The notes beneath the pieces are model-generated. The model was not told the origin of the DNA. It saw nothing but the letters and a program-made list of their open reading frames with translations, and searched no databases. This document shows positions 39,106 through 49,954 of a stretch of DNA of 64,000 nucleotides, piece after piece. Made by a program: the position numbers and the translations under genes. Source of the stretch: Nocardioides sp. GTDB taxonomy: Bacteria; Actinomycetota; Actinomycetes; Propionibacteriales; Nocardioidaceae. The DNA is taken from positions 517,148-581,147 of the forward strand of contig JASGIN010000014.1 in NCBI GenBank assembly GCA_049841015.1, read 5' to 3'. Positions within the stretch are counted from its first letter, which is position 1, and every line of letters starts with the position of its first letter.

Positions 39106-40884
39106 ATGCGGTTCAAATCACCGTTGATTGCCATCTCCGCGGTCGGTGTGCTGGCTTTGAGCGCCTGTGGCGGCTCCGGGTCATCCAGCACCGAGTCGCA
39201 AGATCAGGCCTCACAGAACGCCAACATCGGCAACACCGGAAACGGCCAGTGCCCCAAGTGCACGGGTCCGATCACGATCTCCGGCGCCCAGAAGGGCGGC
39301 ACCGTCACGGTGCTGACTCTGACGGGTCTGACCACGACGCTGGATCCCAGCGAGATCTACTACACCGACACGTCCTCGATCTTCTCGGGTCTGATCGGGC
39401 GGTCGTTGACGCAGTACAAGTACGACCCGACTACCAAGAACATGATCCTGGTCCCCGACCTGGCGACTGACCTCGGTACCCACAACGACAACTACACCCA
39501 GTGGAAGTTCACGATCCGCTCGGGCGTCAAGTGGGGCGAGAACGGCCAGCCGGTCACGGCCAAGGACGTCGCCTTCGGGATGACGCGGTGCATGGACGCC
39601 GCGACGTTCCCGACCGGTGCCTGCCAGTACTACTCGAACGTCTACTACAAGGGCGGCTCGAGCTACAAGGGCATGTACACCGACCCCGGCTCGAAGTTCA
39701 AGGGCATCAAGGTCAACGGCAACACCATCACCATCAACATGGCGAAGCCGTTCCCGGACATGCCGTACTGGGGCACCTTCCCGGCCAACGGTCCCGTGCC
39801 GTCGGGCAAGCAGAGCGACCCGAAGACCTACAAGAACGACCCGTGGTCGACCGGTCCCTACATGATCGACAAGTTCAGTCCGCAGAAGGAGCTGATCTTG
39901 AAGAAGAACCCGTACTGGGATGCAGCGAGCGACCCGGCTCGTACGCAGTACCCCGACGGCTACGACTTCAAGCTCCAGCAGCAGTCGGAGAAGATCGACC
40001 AGATCATGCTCGCCAACAGCGGCTCCGGTCAGACGTCCCTGACGTACGACGACCTGCTCGCGCCTGACTACAACCAGCTCAAGTCCAAGGACCCGAGCCG
40101 GTTGACCCTGGGCGGCTCGCCGTGCACGTACTACTGGGCTCCGGACAACCGGAAGATCACGAACAAGAAGGTGCGTGAGGCTCTCTCGTGGGCCTACCCC
40201 TACAAGAACGTGATCCTGGCCTCGGGTCTGATCCCGAACGTCAACGCGATCCCGGCCACGAACCTGATGCCTCCGGGTCTGCCCGGTCGCACGGAGTACA
40301 ACGTGACCAACCGTCAGGGCTTCGACTCCGACCCGGCCAAGGCCAAGGCACTGCTGAAGTCGGCCAACGCCCTCGGCTACGAGATCAAGTTCCTGTTCCG
40401 CACCGACGACCAGGTCAACGTCCAGGTGAAGAACGCGATCGTGAAGGGTCTGACGGAGGCCGGCTTCAAGGCCACCCCGGTCCCGACCACGACGGCGAAC
40501 TACGTGGCTGCGCGTGACAACACCAGTGAGGACATCAACGTCCGCTCCGCGGGCTGGTGCTCTGACTGGCCGTCGGGCTCGACGTGGCTGCCCACGCTGT
40601 ACGGGTCGACCGACCCGGACCACAGCCACTCCTTCGGCACCAACTACGCCGCCTTCAGCAACAAGAAGGTGGACCAGCAGATGGACGCCATCCAGAAGGA
40701 GCCGCTCGCTGACCAGCCCGGTGCTTGGAACGACCTCGACAAGTCGGTCATGACCAAGTACTTCCCGCTGTTCACGACCTACTACACCGGAATCGCTCAG
40801 GCCCACGGGTCGAAGATCATGGGCGACAACGATGACAACACGCTCGGAATGCCGACCTGGAAGGACATGTGGGTTAGCCAGTAA
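39106..40884 (+). CDS. Peptide ABC transporter substrate-binding lipoprotein (family 5, OppA/BldKB-like)
   Basis: Lipobox LSAC, LVPDLA, WKFTIRSGVKW, STGPYMI, GWCSDWP. ATG 39106 after GGAAAGGG. Confidence 0.93.
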   Translation: MRFKSPLIAISAVGVLALSACGGSGSSSTESQDQASQNANIGNTGNGQCPKCTGPITISGAQKGGTVTVLTLTGLTTTLDPSEIYYTDTSSIFSGLIGRSLTQYKYDPTTKNMILVPDLATDLGTHNDNYTQWKFTIRSGVKWGENGQPVTAKDVAFGMTRCMDAATFPTGACQYYSNVYYKGGSSYKGMYTDPGSKFKGIKVNGNTITINMAKPFPDMPYWGTFPANGPVPSGKQSDPKTYKNDPWSTGPYMIDKFSPQKELILKKNPYWDAASDPARTQYPDGYDFKLQQQSEKIDQIMLANSGSGQTSLTYDDLLAPDYNQLKSKDPSRLTLGGSPCTYYWAPDNRKITNKKVREALSWAYPYKNVILASGLIPNVNAIPATNLMPPGLPGRTEYNVTNRQGFDSDPAKAKALLKSANALGYEIKFLFRTDDQVNVQVKNAIVKGLTEAGFKATPVPTTTANYVAARDNTSEDINVRSAGWCSDWPSGSTWLPTLYGSTDPDHSHSFGTNYAAFSNKKVDQQMDAIQKEPLADQPGAWNDLDKSVMTKYFPLFTTYYTGIAQAHGSKIMGDNDDNTLGMPTWKDMWVSQ

Positions 40885-40933
40885 CCCTTCCGGTCGACTG
40901 GTCGGTCAGCTCTTAGGGCCGATGTAGTCATCA

Positions 40934-40971
40934 GGGTGGTGGGGTACGGCGCACGCCGTACTCCACCACCC
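40934..40971 (+). terminator. 17-bp-stem hairpin between the SBP and permease genes (attenuator or mRNA-stabilising element)
   Basis: gggtggtggggtacggc / gccgtactccaccaccc, loop gcac, one G-U pair. Confidence 0.65.
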
Positions 40972-40999
40972 ACGACAACCAACCGCTAGGAAGCCAGGG

Positions 41000-42010
41000 A
41001 TGACGGGATTCATCGTTCGTCGACTGCTCAGCTCAGTCCTCGTGATCATCTTGACCTCGATGTTCGTGTTCGTGCTCTTCTACAAGGGCATGGGCGACAG
41101 TCCGGCCAGGAACTATTGCGAGAAGCTCGGCCAGGGCAAGTGCACGACGGCGAAGCTGGATTCCATCAAGCACCAGATGGGGTACGACAAGCCCCTGGTG
41201 ACCAACTACGGCATCTGGGCCAAGGGCCTGTTCGTGGGCCGCGACAAGGTCTACGCGGATGGCAAGTACTACAAGTGCCCGGCGCCGTGCCTCGGCATCT
41301 CGATCACGACGGACGACCCGGTCTGGAGTGACCTCAAGGAGAAGTACCCCGCAACCGCGACTCTCGCGGTCGGCGGCTCGATCATCTACCTCTGCCTCGG
41401 CGTCGTGCTGGGCGCGTTGGCCGCGCGATGGCGCGGCACCGCCGCCGACCGCCTCCTCGTCGGCGGGACCCTCGTCGTGTCGTCGATCCCCTTCTACGTG
41501 ATCGCGCTGCTGGCGTGGATCTATCTGTCCCTCCAGCTCCGGATCTTCCCGAACACCGGCTACTACCCGATCACCCAGAACCCTGCGAAAACCGTGGCCT
41601 GGATGGCCTTACCGTGGTTGGTGATCGGCCTCACGAACTGCACGTCGTACGCCCGGTTCACGCGCGGCCAGATGGTGGAGACCCTCAGTGAGGACTACAT
41701 CAGAACCGCCGCCGCGAAGGGCGTGAAGACCAACCGAGTGCTCTTCAAGCACGCGTTGCGCGCCGCCATCGTCCCGGTGATCACGATCTTCGGACTCGAC
41801 TTCGCGACGTTGCTCGCCGGCACCGTGTTCACGGAGGCGATCTTCAGCATCGACGGCATCGGTCGCTGGGGCCTGCAGGCGCTCTCGACGCCGGTCGACG
41901 TAAACGTCATCAGCGCCACGGTGCTGATCGCCGCGGTGGCGATCGTGCTCGCCAACCTGCTGGTCGACATCCTGTACAGCTTCATCGATCCCAGGGTGAG
42001 CGTCGCATGA
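41000..42010 (+). CDS. Peptide ABC transporter permease (OppB/BldKC-like)
   Basis: FIVRRLL, ARFTRGQMVETLSEDYIRTAAAKG, HALRAA, VFTEAIFSIDGIG, VDILYSFIDPRV. Confidence 0.93.
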   Translation: MTGFIVRRLLSSVLVIILTSMFVFVLFYKGMGDSPARNYCEKLGQGKCTTAKLDSIKHQMGYDKPLVTNYGIWAKGLFVGRDKVYADGKYYKCPAPCLGISITTDDPVWSDLKEKYPATATLAVGGSIIYLCLGVVLGALAARWRGTAADRLLVGGTLVVSSIPFYVIALLAWIYLSLQLRIFPNTGYYPITQNPAKTVAWMALPWLVIGLTNCTSYARFTRGQMVETLSEDYIRTAAAKGVKTNRVLFKHALRAAIVPVITIFGLDFATLLAGTVFTEAIFSIDGIGRWGLQALSTPVDVNVISATVLIAAVAIVLANLLVDILYSFIDPRVSVA

Positions 42011-43155
42011 GCACAGACATGAGCACCCGGCCCGACGACATGGCGGCGCCGGCCAACCCGAACGACCCGTTCCTGGTCGTCGAGAACCTCTCGGTGAAGT
42101 TCCCGACGCACGACGGTCTCGTCTCGGCGGTCACCGACCTCTCCTACACCGTCGAGCGCGGCAAGACCCTCGGCATCGTGGGTGAGTCCGGGTCCGGCAA
42201 GAGCGTGTCGTCGATGGCGGTTCTGGGGTTGCACGACCCCAAGCACACGCGCCTGTCGGGGTCGATCCGCGTGGACGGCCAGGAGGTGATCGGCGCCTCC
42301 GAGGACCGGATGCGCAAGATCCGCGGCAACAGCGTCGCGATGATCTTCCAGGACGCGCTGACCGCGCTCCACCCCTTCTACACGATCGGGGACCAGATCT
42401 CCGAGGGCTACCGGATCCATCACCGCGTCTCCACGGGCGAGGCGAAGAAGCGCGCGATCGAGATGCTCGATCGCGTGGGGATCCCGCAGCCGGGACGTCG
42501 CGTGGACGACTACCCCCACCAGTTCTCCGGGGGCATGCGACAGCGCGCCATGATCGCGATGGCGCTGGTCAACGACCCGCAGCTGCTGATCGCCGACGAG
42601 CCGACGACGGCCCTCGACGTGACGGTCCAGGCGCAGATCCTGGACCTACTGCAGGACCTCCAGCGCGAGTTCAACTCCGCGGTCATCATGATCACCCACG
42701 ACCTGGGCGTGATCGCCGAGATCGCCGACACCACGATGGTGATGTACGGCGGCCGCGCGGTGGAGTACGGCGCGACGCGGGAGATCCTGACGCACCCCGA
42801 GATGCCCTACTCGTGGGGTCTCCTCGGCAGCGTGCCGGACGTCTCGGGAGACGCCGACGCACGCTTGATCCCCATCCCGGGGAACCCGCCCAGCCTGCTC
42901 AACCCTCCGTCCGGATGTGCCTTCCACCCGAGGTGCCCCCACGTCGACAAGGTGCCCGGCGACCTGTGCCGGACCACCCTTCCCGACCTGGTGCCCGGAG
43001 ACCGTGGTGACAACCACCTCAAGCGGTGTCACCTGGCCAATCCGAGCGAGATCTACGCCGAAGAGGTGCTGCCCGAGATCGCTCCCGACCTGGTCGATCC
43101 GACGACCGGTGAGATGATCCCGGAACTGGCAGCAGTCGACCCCGACGACGTTTGA
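42007..43155 (+). CDS. Peptide ABC transporter ATP-binding protein (OppD/BldKD-like)
   Basis: GESGSGKS, QFSGGMRQR, IADEPTTALD, ITHDL, C-terminal GCAFHPRC. Confidence 0.95.
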   Translation: MSTDMSTRPDDMAAPANPNDPFLVVENLSVKFPTHDGLVSAVTDLSYTVERGKTLGIVGESGSGKSVSSMAVLGLHDPKHTRLSGSIRVDGQEVIGASEDRMRKIRGNSVAMIFQDALTALHPFYTIGDQISEGYRIHHRVSTGEAKKRAIEMLDRVGIPQPGRRVDDYPHQFSGGMRQRAMIAMALVNDPQLLIADEPTTALDVTVQAQILDLLQDLQREFNSAVIMITHDLGVIAEIADTTMVMYGGRAVEYGATREILTHPEMPYSWGLLGSVPDVSGDADARLIPIPGNPPSLLNPPSGCAFHPRCPHVDKVPGDLCRTTLPDLVPGDRGDNHLKRCHLANPSEIYAEEVLPEIAPDLVDPTTGEMIPELAAVDPDDV

Positions 43156-43162
43156 GGGCAGG

Positions 43163-44362
43163 ATGAGCATCGTGACCAACTCCGACATCGAGCCTGCGCC
43201 CGTCAGCTCAGGGCCCGCGGTCGGCAAGGACCTCCTCCTGGAGGTCCGCGACCTGAAGAAGTACTTCCCGGTCAAGTCCGGCGGTGTGATCCGCCGGACG
43301 GTGGCTCATGTGCAGGCGGTCGACGGGGTCTCGTTCGAGCTCCGCAAGGGCGCCTCGCTGGGCCTGGTGGGGGAGTCGGGCTGTGGCAAGACGACCACCG
43401 GGCGACTCATCACCCGGCTTTATGACCCCACCTCGGGCGAGATCAACTTCGAGGGCACCGACATCGGGCCTCTCACGCGCCGGCAGATGATGCCGATCCG
43501 CAGTGAGATCCAGATGATCTTCCAGGACCCCTACTCGTCGCTGAACCCCCGGCACACGGTGGGCACGATCGTGGGGACGCCGCTGCGGGTGCACAACATG
43601 GTGCCCGAGAACAAGGTGCTGCCCCGGGTCCAGGAGCTGCTCGAGGTCGTCGGGCTGAACCCCGAGCACTACAACCGCTACCCCAGCGAGTTCTCCGGCG
43701 GTCAGCGCCAGCGCATCGGGATCGCCCGCGCGCTCGCCCTGCAGCCCAAGCTCCTCGTGGCCGACGAGCCCGTCTCGGCGCTCGACGTGTCGATCCAGGC
43801 GCAGGTCGTCAACCTGCTGCGCGACGTCCAGGACGAGTTCGGCATCGCGTTCCTGTTCATCGCCCACGACCTCGCGATCGTGCGTCACTTCTGCCCCGAG
43901 GTGGCGGTGATGTACCTCGGCAAGATCGTGGAGATCGGCGACCGGGAGACCATCTACGAGCACCCGCACCACCCCTACACGCAGGCCCTGCTCTCGTCGG
44001 CGCCCGACGTCAAGCAGGCCGCGATCGGTGGACGTCGTGAGCGGATCCGGCTCGAGGGCGACGTGCCGTCGCCGATCAACCCGCCGAGCGGCTGCCGGTT
44101 CCGGACGCGCTGCTGGATGGCTCAGGAGATCTGCGCCAAGCAGGAGCCGCCGTTGCTGCAGATCGGCAAGCGGCACAAGGTGGCCTGCCACTTCGCGGGC
44201 GAGATGAACCAGGCGCCGTCGCGACCGATCACCGCGCCGCTGCTGGGCGTCGACGACCAGGGCAACCCCAGCGGTGGGGCCCCCTCCGAGACGCTCCAGG
44301 ACCAGCCCGGGTACGCCGACACCTGGTACGACCTGAAGAAGCAGGGCGTCACCTCCGCCTGA
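43163..44362 (+). CDS. Peptide ABC transporter ATP-binding protein (OppF/BldKE-like)
   Basis: GESGCGKTT, EFSGGQRQR, VADEPVSALD, IAHDL, SGCRFRTRC. Confidence 0.95.
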   Translation: MSIVTNSDIEPAPVSSGPAVGKDLLLEVRDLKKYFPVKSGGVIRRTVAHVQAVDGVSFELRKGASLGLVGESGCGKTTTGRLITRLYDPTSGEINFEGTDIGPLTRRQMMPIRSEIQMIFQDPYSSLNPRHTVGTIVGTPLRVHNMVPENKVLPRVQELLEVVGLNPEHYNRYPSEFSGGQRQRIGIARALALQPKLLVADEPVSALDVSIQAQVVNLLRDVQDEFGIAFLFIAHDLAIVRHFCPEVAVMYLGKIVEIGDRETIYEHPHHPYTQALLSSAPDVKQAAIGGRRERIRLEGDVPSPINPPSGCRFRTRCWMAQEICAKQEPPLLQIGKRHKVACHFAGEMNQAPSRPITAPLLGVDDQGNPSGGAPSETLQDQPGYADTWYDLKKQGVTSA

Positions 44363-44394
44363 GCACCGCGTGGTCGCTCTGCCCGGAGGTCGGA

Positions 44395-44441
44395 CAGTGC
44401 GGTACGGGAGTGTCACCAGTTGGCACCGGCGTACCGCACTG
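44395..44441. repeat. Intergenic inverted repeat after the ABC operon
   Basis: cagtgcggtacg / cgtaccgcactg perfect 12-bp arms, with inner gtgtca/tggcac pairing. Confidence 0.7.
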
Positions 44442-44535
44442 ACGGTTTGCGGGCTGGGTGGTTTCCAACAGGCGCCAGGGCGCCTTCCTCAACCACCGAG
44501 CGCGGGCCGTCAGCGCTCGGCCCTAGGCTCGGGGC

Positions 44536-45897
44536 ATGGACGGGCTGTTCGAGGCGGACGACGTGCGCACGCCGGCCCCGGCACCCGGGGCCGGCTCGCT
44601 GTCGGCCAACACGACCGCCTCCGCCCCCCTGGCGGTGCGGATGCGGCCGCGCACCCTCGACGAGCTGGTCGGGCAGCCGCAGCTGCGCGCCGAGGGCTCG
44701 CCGCTGCGGCAGCTGATCGACGGACGCCAGCCGATGGCGGTGCTCCTGTGGGGGCCGCCGGGGACGGGCAAGACCACGATCGCGGCGATCGTCAGCGGGC
44801 AGACGGACCGGGCGTTCGTGGAGGTCTCGGCGGTGTCCGCGGGGGTGAAGGAGGTGCGCGCCGCCATCGACCAGGCGCGCAGCGACCTGACCCGCCGGGG
44901 CCGTGAGACGGTGCTCTTCGTCGACGAGGTCCACCGGTTCAGCAAGGCCCAACAGGACGCGCTCCTGCCCGGCGTGGAGAACCGCTGGGTCACGCTGGTC
45001 GCCGCGACCACGGAGAACCCCTTCTTCTCGGTGATCTCGCCGCTGCTCTCCCGCAGCCTCCTGCTCCAGCTCGACTCCCTGACCGACGACGACGTCGCGG
45101 AGGTGATCGACCGGGCGCTGGCCGACGAGCGAGGCCTGGCCGGCGACTTCACGCTCGAGGAGGAGGCCCGCGACCACCTCGTGCGACTGGCCGGGGGCGA
45201 TGCGCGTCGCGGCCTGACCTACCTGGAGGCGGCCGCCGGCGCGGCCCGCGCCACGGGGGTCTCGGCGATCGACCTGGCCACCGCCGAGACCGCGGTCGAC
45301 CGGGCGGCGGTGCGCTACGACCGTCAGGGCGACCAGCACTACGACGTGATCTCGGCGTTCATCAAGTCGGTGCGCGGCTCGGACGCCGACGCCGCGCTGC
45401 ACTACCTCGCCCGGATGATCGAGGCGGGGGAGGATCCGCGGTTCATCGCCCGCAGGCTCGTCATCCTCGCGAGCGAGGACGTCGGACTGGCCGACCCGAC
45501 GGCGCTCCCGACGGCGGTGGCGGCCGCCCAGGCCGTCCAGCTGATCGGGATGCCCGAGGCGCGCCTCAACCTCGCCCAGGCCACGATCGCGATCGCCGTC
45601 GCCCCCAAGTCGAACGCCGTGACCCTGGCCATCGACGCCGCGAGCGCCGACGTACGCGCCGGCAAGATCGGTCAGGTGCCGCCCCACCTGCGCGATGCCC
45701 ACTACCCGGGGTCGAAGCGGCTGGGCCACGGGACGTCGTACACCTACAGCCACGACGAGCCGTTCGGCATCGCCGAGCAGCAGTACGCCCCGGACGTCGT
45801 CCTCGACGCGGAGTACTACCGCCCGACCTCGCTGGGGGCCGAGGCGGCCGTGAAGGAGCGCTGGGAGCGGATCCGGCGCATGGTGCGCGGACGATAG
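44536..45897 (+). CDS. rarA: Replication-associated recombination protein A (RarA/MgsA, AAA+ ATPase)
   Basis: [60 protein letters not shown]. Confidence 0.96.
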   Translation: MDGLFEADDVRTPAPAPGAGSLSANTTASAPLAVRMRPRTLDELVGQPQLRAEGSPLRQLIDGRQPMAVLLWGPPGTGKTTIAAIVSGQTDRAFVEVSAVSAGVKEVRAAIDQARSDLTRRGRETVLFVDEVHRFSKAQQDALLPGVENRWVTLVAATTENPFFSVISPLLSRSLLLQLDSLTDDDVAEVIDRALADERGLAGDFTLEEEARDHLVRLAGGDARRGLTYLEAAAGAARATGVSAIDLATAETAVDRAAVRYDRQGDQHYDVISAFIKSVRGSDADAALHYLARMIEAGEDPRFIARRLVILASEDVGLADPTALPTAVAAAQAVQLIGMPEARLNLAQATIAIAVAPKSNAVTLAIDAASADVRAGKIGQVPPHLRDAHYPGSKRLGHGTSYTYSHDEPFGIAEQQYAPDVVLDAEYYRPTSLGAEAAVKERWERIRRMVRGR

Positions 45898-45908
45898 GGT
45901 CGACTGCT

Positions 45909-46427
45909 GTGACCCGTGACCAGGCCGTGCTGCTCGCCGTCGGCGTGCTGGCGCTGGCGTGCCTGGCTCTGCTGGTCGGTCTCGTGCGCACCCGGTCGGC
46001 GGCGACCCGGGCCGCGGCGGACCTCGCTGTCCTCCGGCACCGCCTCGACGAGCTGGAGCGGGCGGGGCACGAGTCGGCCGGCGTCTCCGGCTCCGCCACG
46101 CCTTCGGAGTCGGGGGCGACGGCGCCGGTGGAGTTCCTGATCACCGACCTCGGCCGGCCGCAGCCCGACCCGGAGCCGCTCCACCTCTCCGGCCCGGCCT
46201 TCGCCGACATCGTGCTCAAGGAGTCGGTGGTGAAGGCGGCCTCCCTGGTCCACGGCGTACGCCGCGGGCTCGCGCCCGCCACGCGCAACCGGATCCGCTT
46301 CGAGATGAGGCTGGAGGTACGCCGGGCGCGCAAGCAGCGCCGGGCCGACCTGAAGGCCGCGCAGCGCGACCTGCGCGCCCGACAGCGCGCCGAGGTCGCG
46401 GACCAGGCTGCGAGGCAGGCCTCGTGA
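45909..46427 (+). CDS. Hypothetical membrane-anchored protein
   Basis: N-terminal TM, coiled segment, basic C-terminus. TAGGGT -10 upstream; overlaps the next start. Confidence 0.7.
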   Translation: MTRDQAVLLAVGVLALACLALLVGLVRTRSAATRAAADLAVLRHRLDELERAGHESAGVSGSATPSESGATAPVEFLITDLGRPQPDPEPLHLSGPAFADIVLKESVVKAASLVHGVRRGLAPATRNRIRFEMRLEVRRARKQRRADLKAAQRDLRARQRAEVADQAARQAS

Positions 46428-46747
46428 GGCGTGGGCTGTGGTTCCTGGCCGGAGCCGGGGCGGGCGTCTACGCGATGGCTCGCGCCCGGCGGGTCAAGGA
46501 GGCGTTCACGCCGGAAGGCCTCGGCGATCGCTGGCAGGCGCTGACGCTGGGCGCCAGGCTGCTGCGCGACGAGGTCGCGCAGGGGCAGGCCGAGGCCGAA
46601 ACGCAGTTGCGTGAGCGCTTCGGGCTGGTGCCTCATGGGGTCCCCGAGCTGGTCGGGTCGCCGGCCCCGTCGCTGGCGCAGTCACCAGCCACGACCCGAG
46701 CCACGCCAGCTCGGCACCGAAGGTCCGACGAAGAAGGGCGGCAGTGA
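46424..46747 (+). CDS. Small membrane protein (DUF6167-like), typical of the position upstream of alaS
   Basis: RRGLWFLAGAGAGVYA...EVAQGQAEAETQLRERFG. GTGA overlaps on both sides. Confidence 0.65.
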   Translation: MRRGLWFLAGAGAGVYAMARARRVKEAFTPEGLGDRWQALTLGARLLRDEVAQGQAEAETQLRERFGLVPHGVPELVGSPAPSLAQSPATTRATPARHRRSDEEGRQ

Positions 46748-49452
46748 TGGACACCGCGGAGATCCGGCGCAGGTTCGTGGCGCACTTCGAGGCCGCCGCG
46801 CACACCGCCGTACCCTCGGCGTCGCTGATCCTGGACGACCCGACCCTGCTGTTCGTCAACGCCGGCATGGTGCCGTTCAAGCCCTACTTCCTGGGTCAGG
46901 AGTCCTCGCCCTACGAACGCGCGGTGAGCGTGCAGAAGTGCATCCGGACGCCTGACATCGAGGACGTCGGCAAGACGACCCGGCACGGCACGTTCTTCGA
47001 GATGTGCGGCAACTTCTCCTTCGGCGACTACTTCAAGGAACGCGCCATCGAGCTCGCCTGGGACCTCGTCACCAAGCCCCAGGTCGACGGCGGCTGGGGG
47101 CTGGAGGAGAACCGTCTCTGGCCCTCGATCCTGCAGGGTGACGACGAGGCGCTGCACCTGTGGATGAAGGTGACCGGGCTGCCGACCGAGCGGATCGTCA
47201 AGCTCGGTCCCAAGGAGAACTACTGGTCGATGGGCGTGCCCGGACCGGGCGGCCCCTGCTCGGAGATCCTCTACGACCGCGGCCCCGATCACGGCCCCGA
47301 CGGCGACTTCGAGACCACCGAGCGCACCTCCATGCCGGCCAAGCTCGAGGACCGCTACCTCGAGATCTGGAACCTCGTCTTCATGCAGGACGAGCTGAGC
47401 GCGGTGCGGTCCAAGGAGGACTTCGACATCGTCGGGCCGCTGCCGCGCAAGAACATCGACACCGGCATGGGCCTCGAGCGCGTCGCCTACCTGCTGCAGG
47501 GCGTCGACAACATGTACGAGATCGACGTGATGTACCCCGTCATCGAGCGCGCCGAGGAGCTCACCGGTCGCCGGTACGGCGTCAACCACGACGACGACGT
47601 CCGGATGCGGGTCGTCTCCGACCACGTCCGCAGCTGCCTGATGCTGATCGGCGACGGCGTCACCCCCGGCAACGAGGGGCGCGGCTACGTCCTGCGCCGG
47701 CTGCTGCGGCGAGCGGTTCGCTCGATGCGTCTGCTCGGCTGCGAGGACCGCGTGCTGCCCGAGCTGCTGCCCGTCAGTCGCGACAAGATGGGTGAGACCT
47801 ACCACGAGCTGTTCCGTGACTGGGAGAGGATCTCCCAGGTCGCCTACGCCGAGGAGGACGCGTTCCGGCAGACGCTGCGGGCCGGCACGACGATCTTCGA
47901 CCAGGCGACCGCGGAGGTGAAGCAGTCGGGAGGCCATGTCCTCAGCGGCGAGCGTGCCTTCGCCCTCCACGACACCTACGGGTTCCCGATCGACCTCACC
48001 TTGGAGATGGCGTCCGAGCAGGGCCTCGAGGTCGACGAGGTCGGGTTCCGCGAGCTCATGGGCGAGCAGCGGCAGCGGGCGAAGGAGGACGCGCGTGCCA
48101 AGAAGGGCGCGCACGCCAACACCGCCGCCTACCGCACCGTCGCCGACCTGCTCGGCGGCGCGGTCGACTTCACCGGCTACCGCGAGGTGGTCGGCGACGG
48201 CAGCTTGCGCGGCATCGTCCGCGACGGCGAGGTCGTGGACTCGGCGCGCGAGGGCGACGACGTCGAGCTCGTGCTCGACCGCACGCCGTTCTACGCCGAA
48301 GGCGGCGGCCAGCTGGCCGATCAGGGCGTGATCGAGCTCGGCAACGGCGCCCGGGTCGAGGTCCGCGACGTCCAGTCGCCGATCTCCGGGCTGATCGTGC
48401 ACACGGCTCGGGTGCTCAGCGGAGAGGTGACGCCCGGTCTCGAGGCGCACTCCGAGGTCGACGTCGAGCGCCGCAAGGCGATCTCGCGTGCCCATACCGC
48501 GACGCACATGGTGCACAAGGCCTTCCGCGAGGCCCTCGGCGAGACGGCGACCCAGGCCGGCTCGGAGAACGCACCCGGCCGCTTCCGCTTCGACTTCTCG
48601 GCCACGGGCGCGGTGCCGCTCTCGGTGATGCAGGACGTCGAGGCGCGGGTCAACGACCTCGTGCTCTCCGACCTGGCGGTCCAGGCGGAGATCATGACCC
48701 AGGAGGAGGCGGTGCGCTCGGGCGCGATGGCGCTCTTCGGCGAGAAGTACGGCGACCGCGTCCGCGTGGTCTCCGTCGGCGACTGGGCGCGCGAGCTCTG
48801 CGGCGGCACCCACGCCGACCGCTCGGGTCACCTGGGCGTGGTGAAGCTGCTGGGTGAGTCGTCCATCGGGTCCGGCGTACGCCGGGTCGAGGCGCTCGTC
48901 GGCGCCGACGCGTACCAGTTCCTCGCGCGCGAGCACGTCCTGGTGGCCCAGCTGTCCGAGGCGCTCAAGGCGCGACCCGAGGAGCTGCCCGAGCGGGTCA
49001 ACGACATGGTCGAGCGCCTCCGCGCCGCGGAGAAGGCGCTCGAGCAGACCCGGATCGCCCAGCTGCTGTCGCAGGGTGCCGAGCTCGCGGCCGATGCGTC
49101 GGACGTGAACGGCGTGCGGCTGATCAGCCTGCGCATCGACGGCGCGGACGCCGGCGACATCCGGACGATGGCCCTGAACCTGCGCAGCAGGCTGAGCCAG
49201 GAGCAGCCGGGCGCGGCCGTGCTGGTCGGCGTCAAGGACGGCAAGGTGGCCGTCGTCGCGGCGACCAACGAGCGCGCCCGCGACCGCGGGGTGCGCGCGA
49301 ACGACGTCCTGGCTGCGGTGATGCCGCTGGTCGAGGGTCGCGGCGGCGGCAAGGACGACGTCGCGCAGGGCGGTGGCACCGACGCGTCGCGGGTCGACCA
49401 GGCGCTGGAGGCGGCGAGGGTCGTCGTCGCGCAGGCGGCCGGGGCCGCCTGA
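46747..49452 (+). CDS. alaS: Alanine--tRNA ligase
   Basis: [55 protein letters not shown]. Confidence 0.98.
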   Translation: MDTAEIRRRFVAHFEAAAHTAVPSASLILDDPTLLFVNAGMVPFKPYFLGQESSPYERAVSVQKCIRTPDIEDVGKTTRHGTFFEMCGNFSFGDYFKERAIELAWDLVTKPQVDGGWGLEENRLWPSILQGDDEALHLWMKVTGLPTERIVKLGPKENYWSMGVPGPGGPCSEILYDRGPDHGPDGDFETTERTSMPAKLEDRYLEIWNLVFMQDELSAVRSKEDFDIVGPLPRKNIDTGMGLERVAYLLQGVDNMYEIDVMYPVIERAEELTGRRYGVNHDDDVRMRVVSDHVRSCLMLIGDGVTPGNEGRGYVLRRLLRRAVRSMRLLGCEDRVLPELLPVSRDKMGETYHELFRDWERISQVAYAEEDAFRQTLRAGTTIFDQATAEVKQSGGHVLSGERAFALHDTYGFPIDLTLEMASEQGLEVDEVGFRELMGEQRQRAKEDARAKKGAHANTAAYRTVADLLGGAVDFTGYREVVGDGSLRGIVRDGEVVDSAREGDDVELVLDRTPFYAEGGGQLADQGVIELGNGARVEVRDVQSPISGLIVHTARVLSGEVTPGLEAHSEVDVERRKAISRAHTATHMVHKAFREALGETATQAGSENAPGRFRFDFSATGAVPLSVMQDVEARVNDLVLSDLAVQAEIMTQEEAVRSGAMALFGEKYGDRVRVVSVGDWARELCGGTHADRSGHLGVVKLLGESSIGSGVRRVEALVGADAYQFLAREHVLVAQLSEALKARPEELPERVNDMVERLRAAEKALEQTRIAQLLSQGAELAADASDVNGVRLISLRIDGADAGDIRTMALNLRSRLSQEQPGAAVLVGVKDGKVAVVAATNERARDRGVRANDVLAAVMPLVEGRGGGKDDVAQGGGTDASRVDQALEAARVVVAQAAGAA

Positions 49453-49465
49453 GCGGTCGTCGACG

Positions 49466-49954
49466 ATGCGCAACGGCGTACGACTCGGGATCGACCCGGG
49501 ACAGGCCCGGATCGGGGTCGCCCGGAGCGATCCGTCGGGCTTCTTGGCGACGCCCGTGGAGACCGTGCGCCGCGGCAAGGGCGACCTCGCGCGCCTCGCC
49601 CGGTTGGTGCGCGAGGCCGAGGCGATGGAGGTCGTGGTCGGGCTCCCACGATCCCTCTCGGGAGGGGAGGGTCCGGCGGCCCTGAGCGCTCGGGAGTTCG
49701 GTGCCCGGCTCGCGGCACGCGTGGCTCCGGTCCCGGTGCGGCTGCAGGACGAGCGTCTGAGCACGGTGAGTGCGGAGGCTATGCTGCGCGACCGGGGGAA
49801 GAAGGGTGCCGCGCGTCGGGCCGTGGTGGACCAGGCGGCGGCGGTGCTGATCTTGCAGCACGCCCTGGACACCGAGCGCGCCACGGGCCGACCGCCCGGG
49901 GAGCTGGTGCCCGGGAACGTCGGACCTACCGACATCGCGACAGGAGATTCATGA
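49466..49954 (+). CDS. ruvX: Pre-16S rRNA nuclease / Holliday junction resolvase-like RuvX (YqgF)
   Basis: [35 protein letters not shown]. Confidence 0.94.
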   Translation: MRNGVRLGIDPGQARIGVARSDPSGFLATPVETVRRGKGDLARLARLVREAEAMEVVVGLPRSLSGGEGPAALSAREFGARLAARVAPVPVRLQDERLSTVSAEAMLRDRGKKGAARRAVVDQAAAVLILQHALDTERATGRPPGELVPGNVGPTDIATGDS

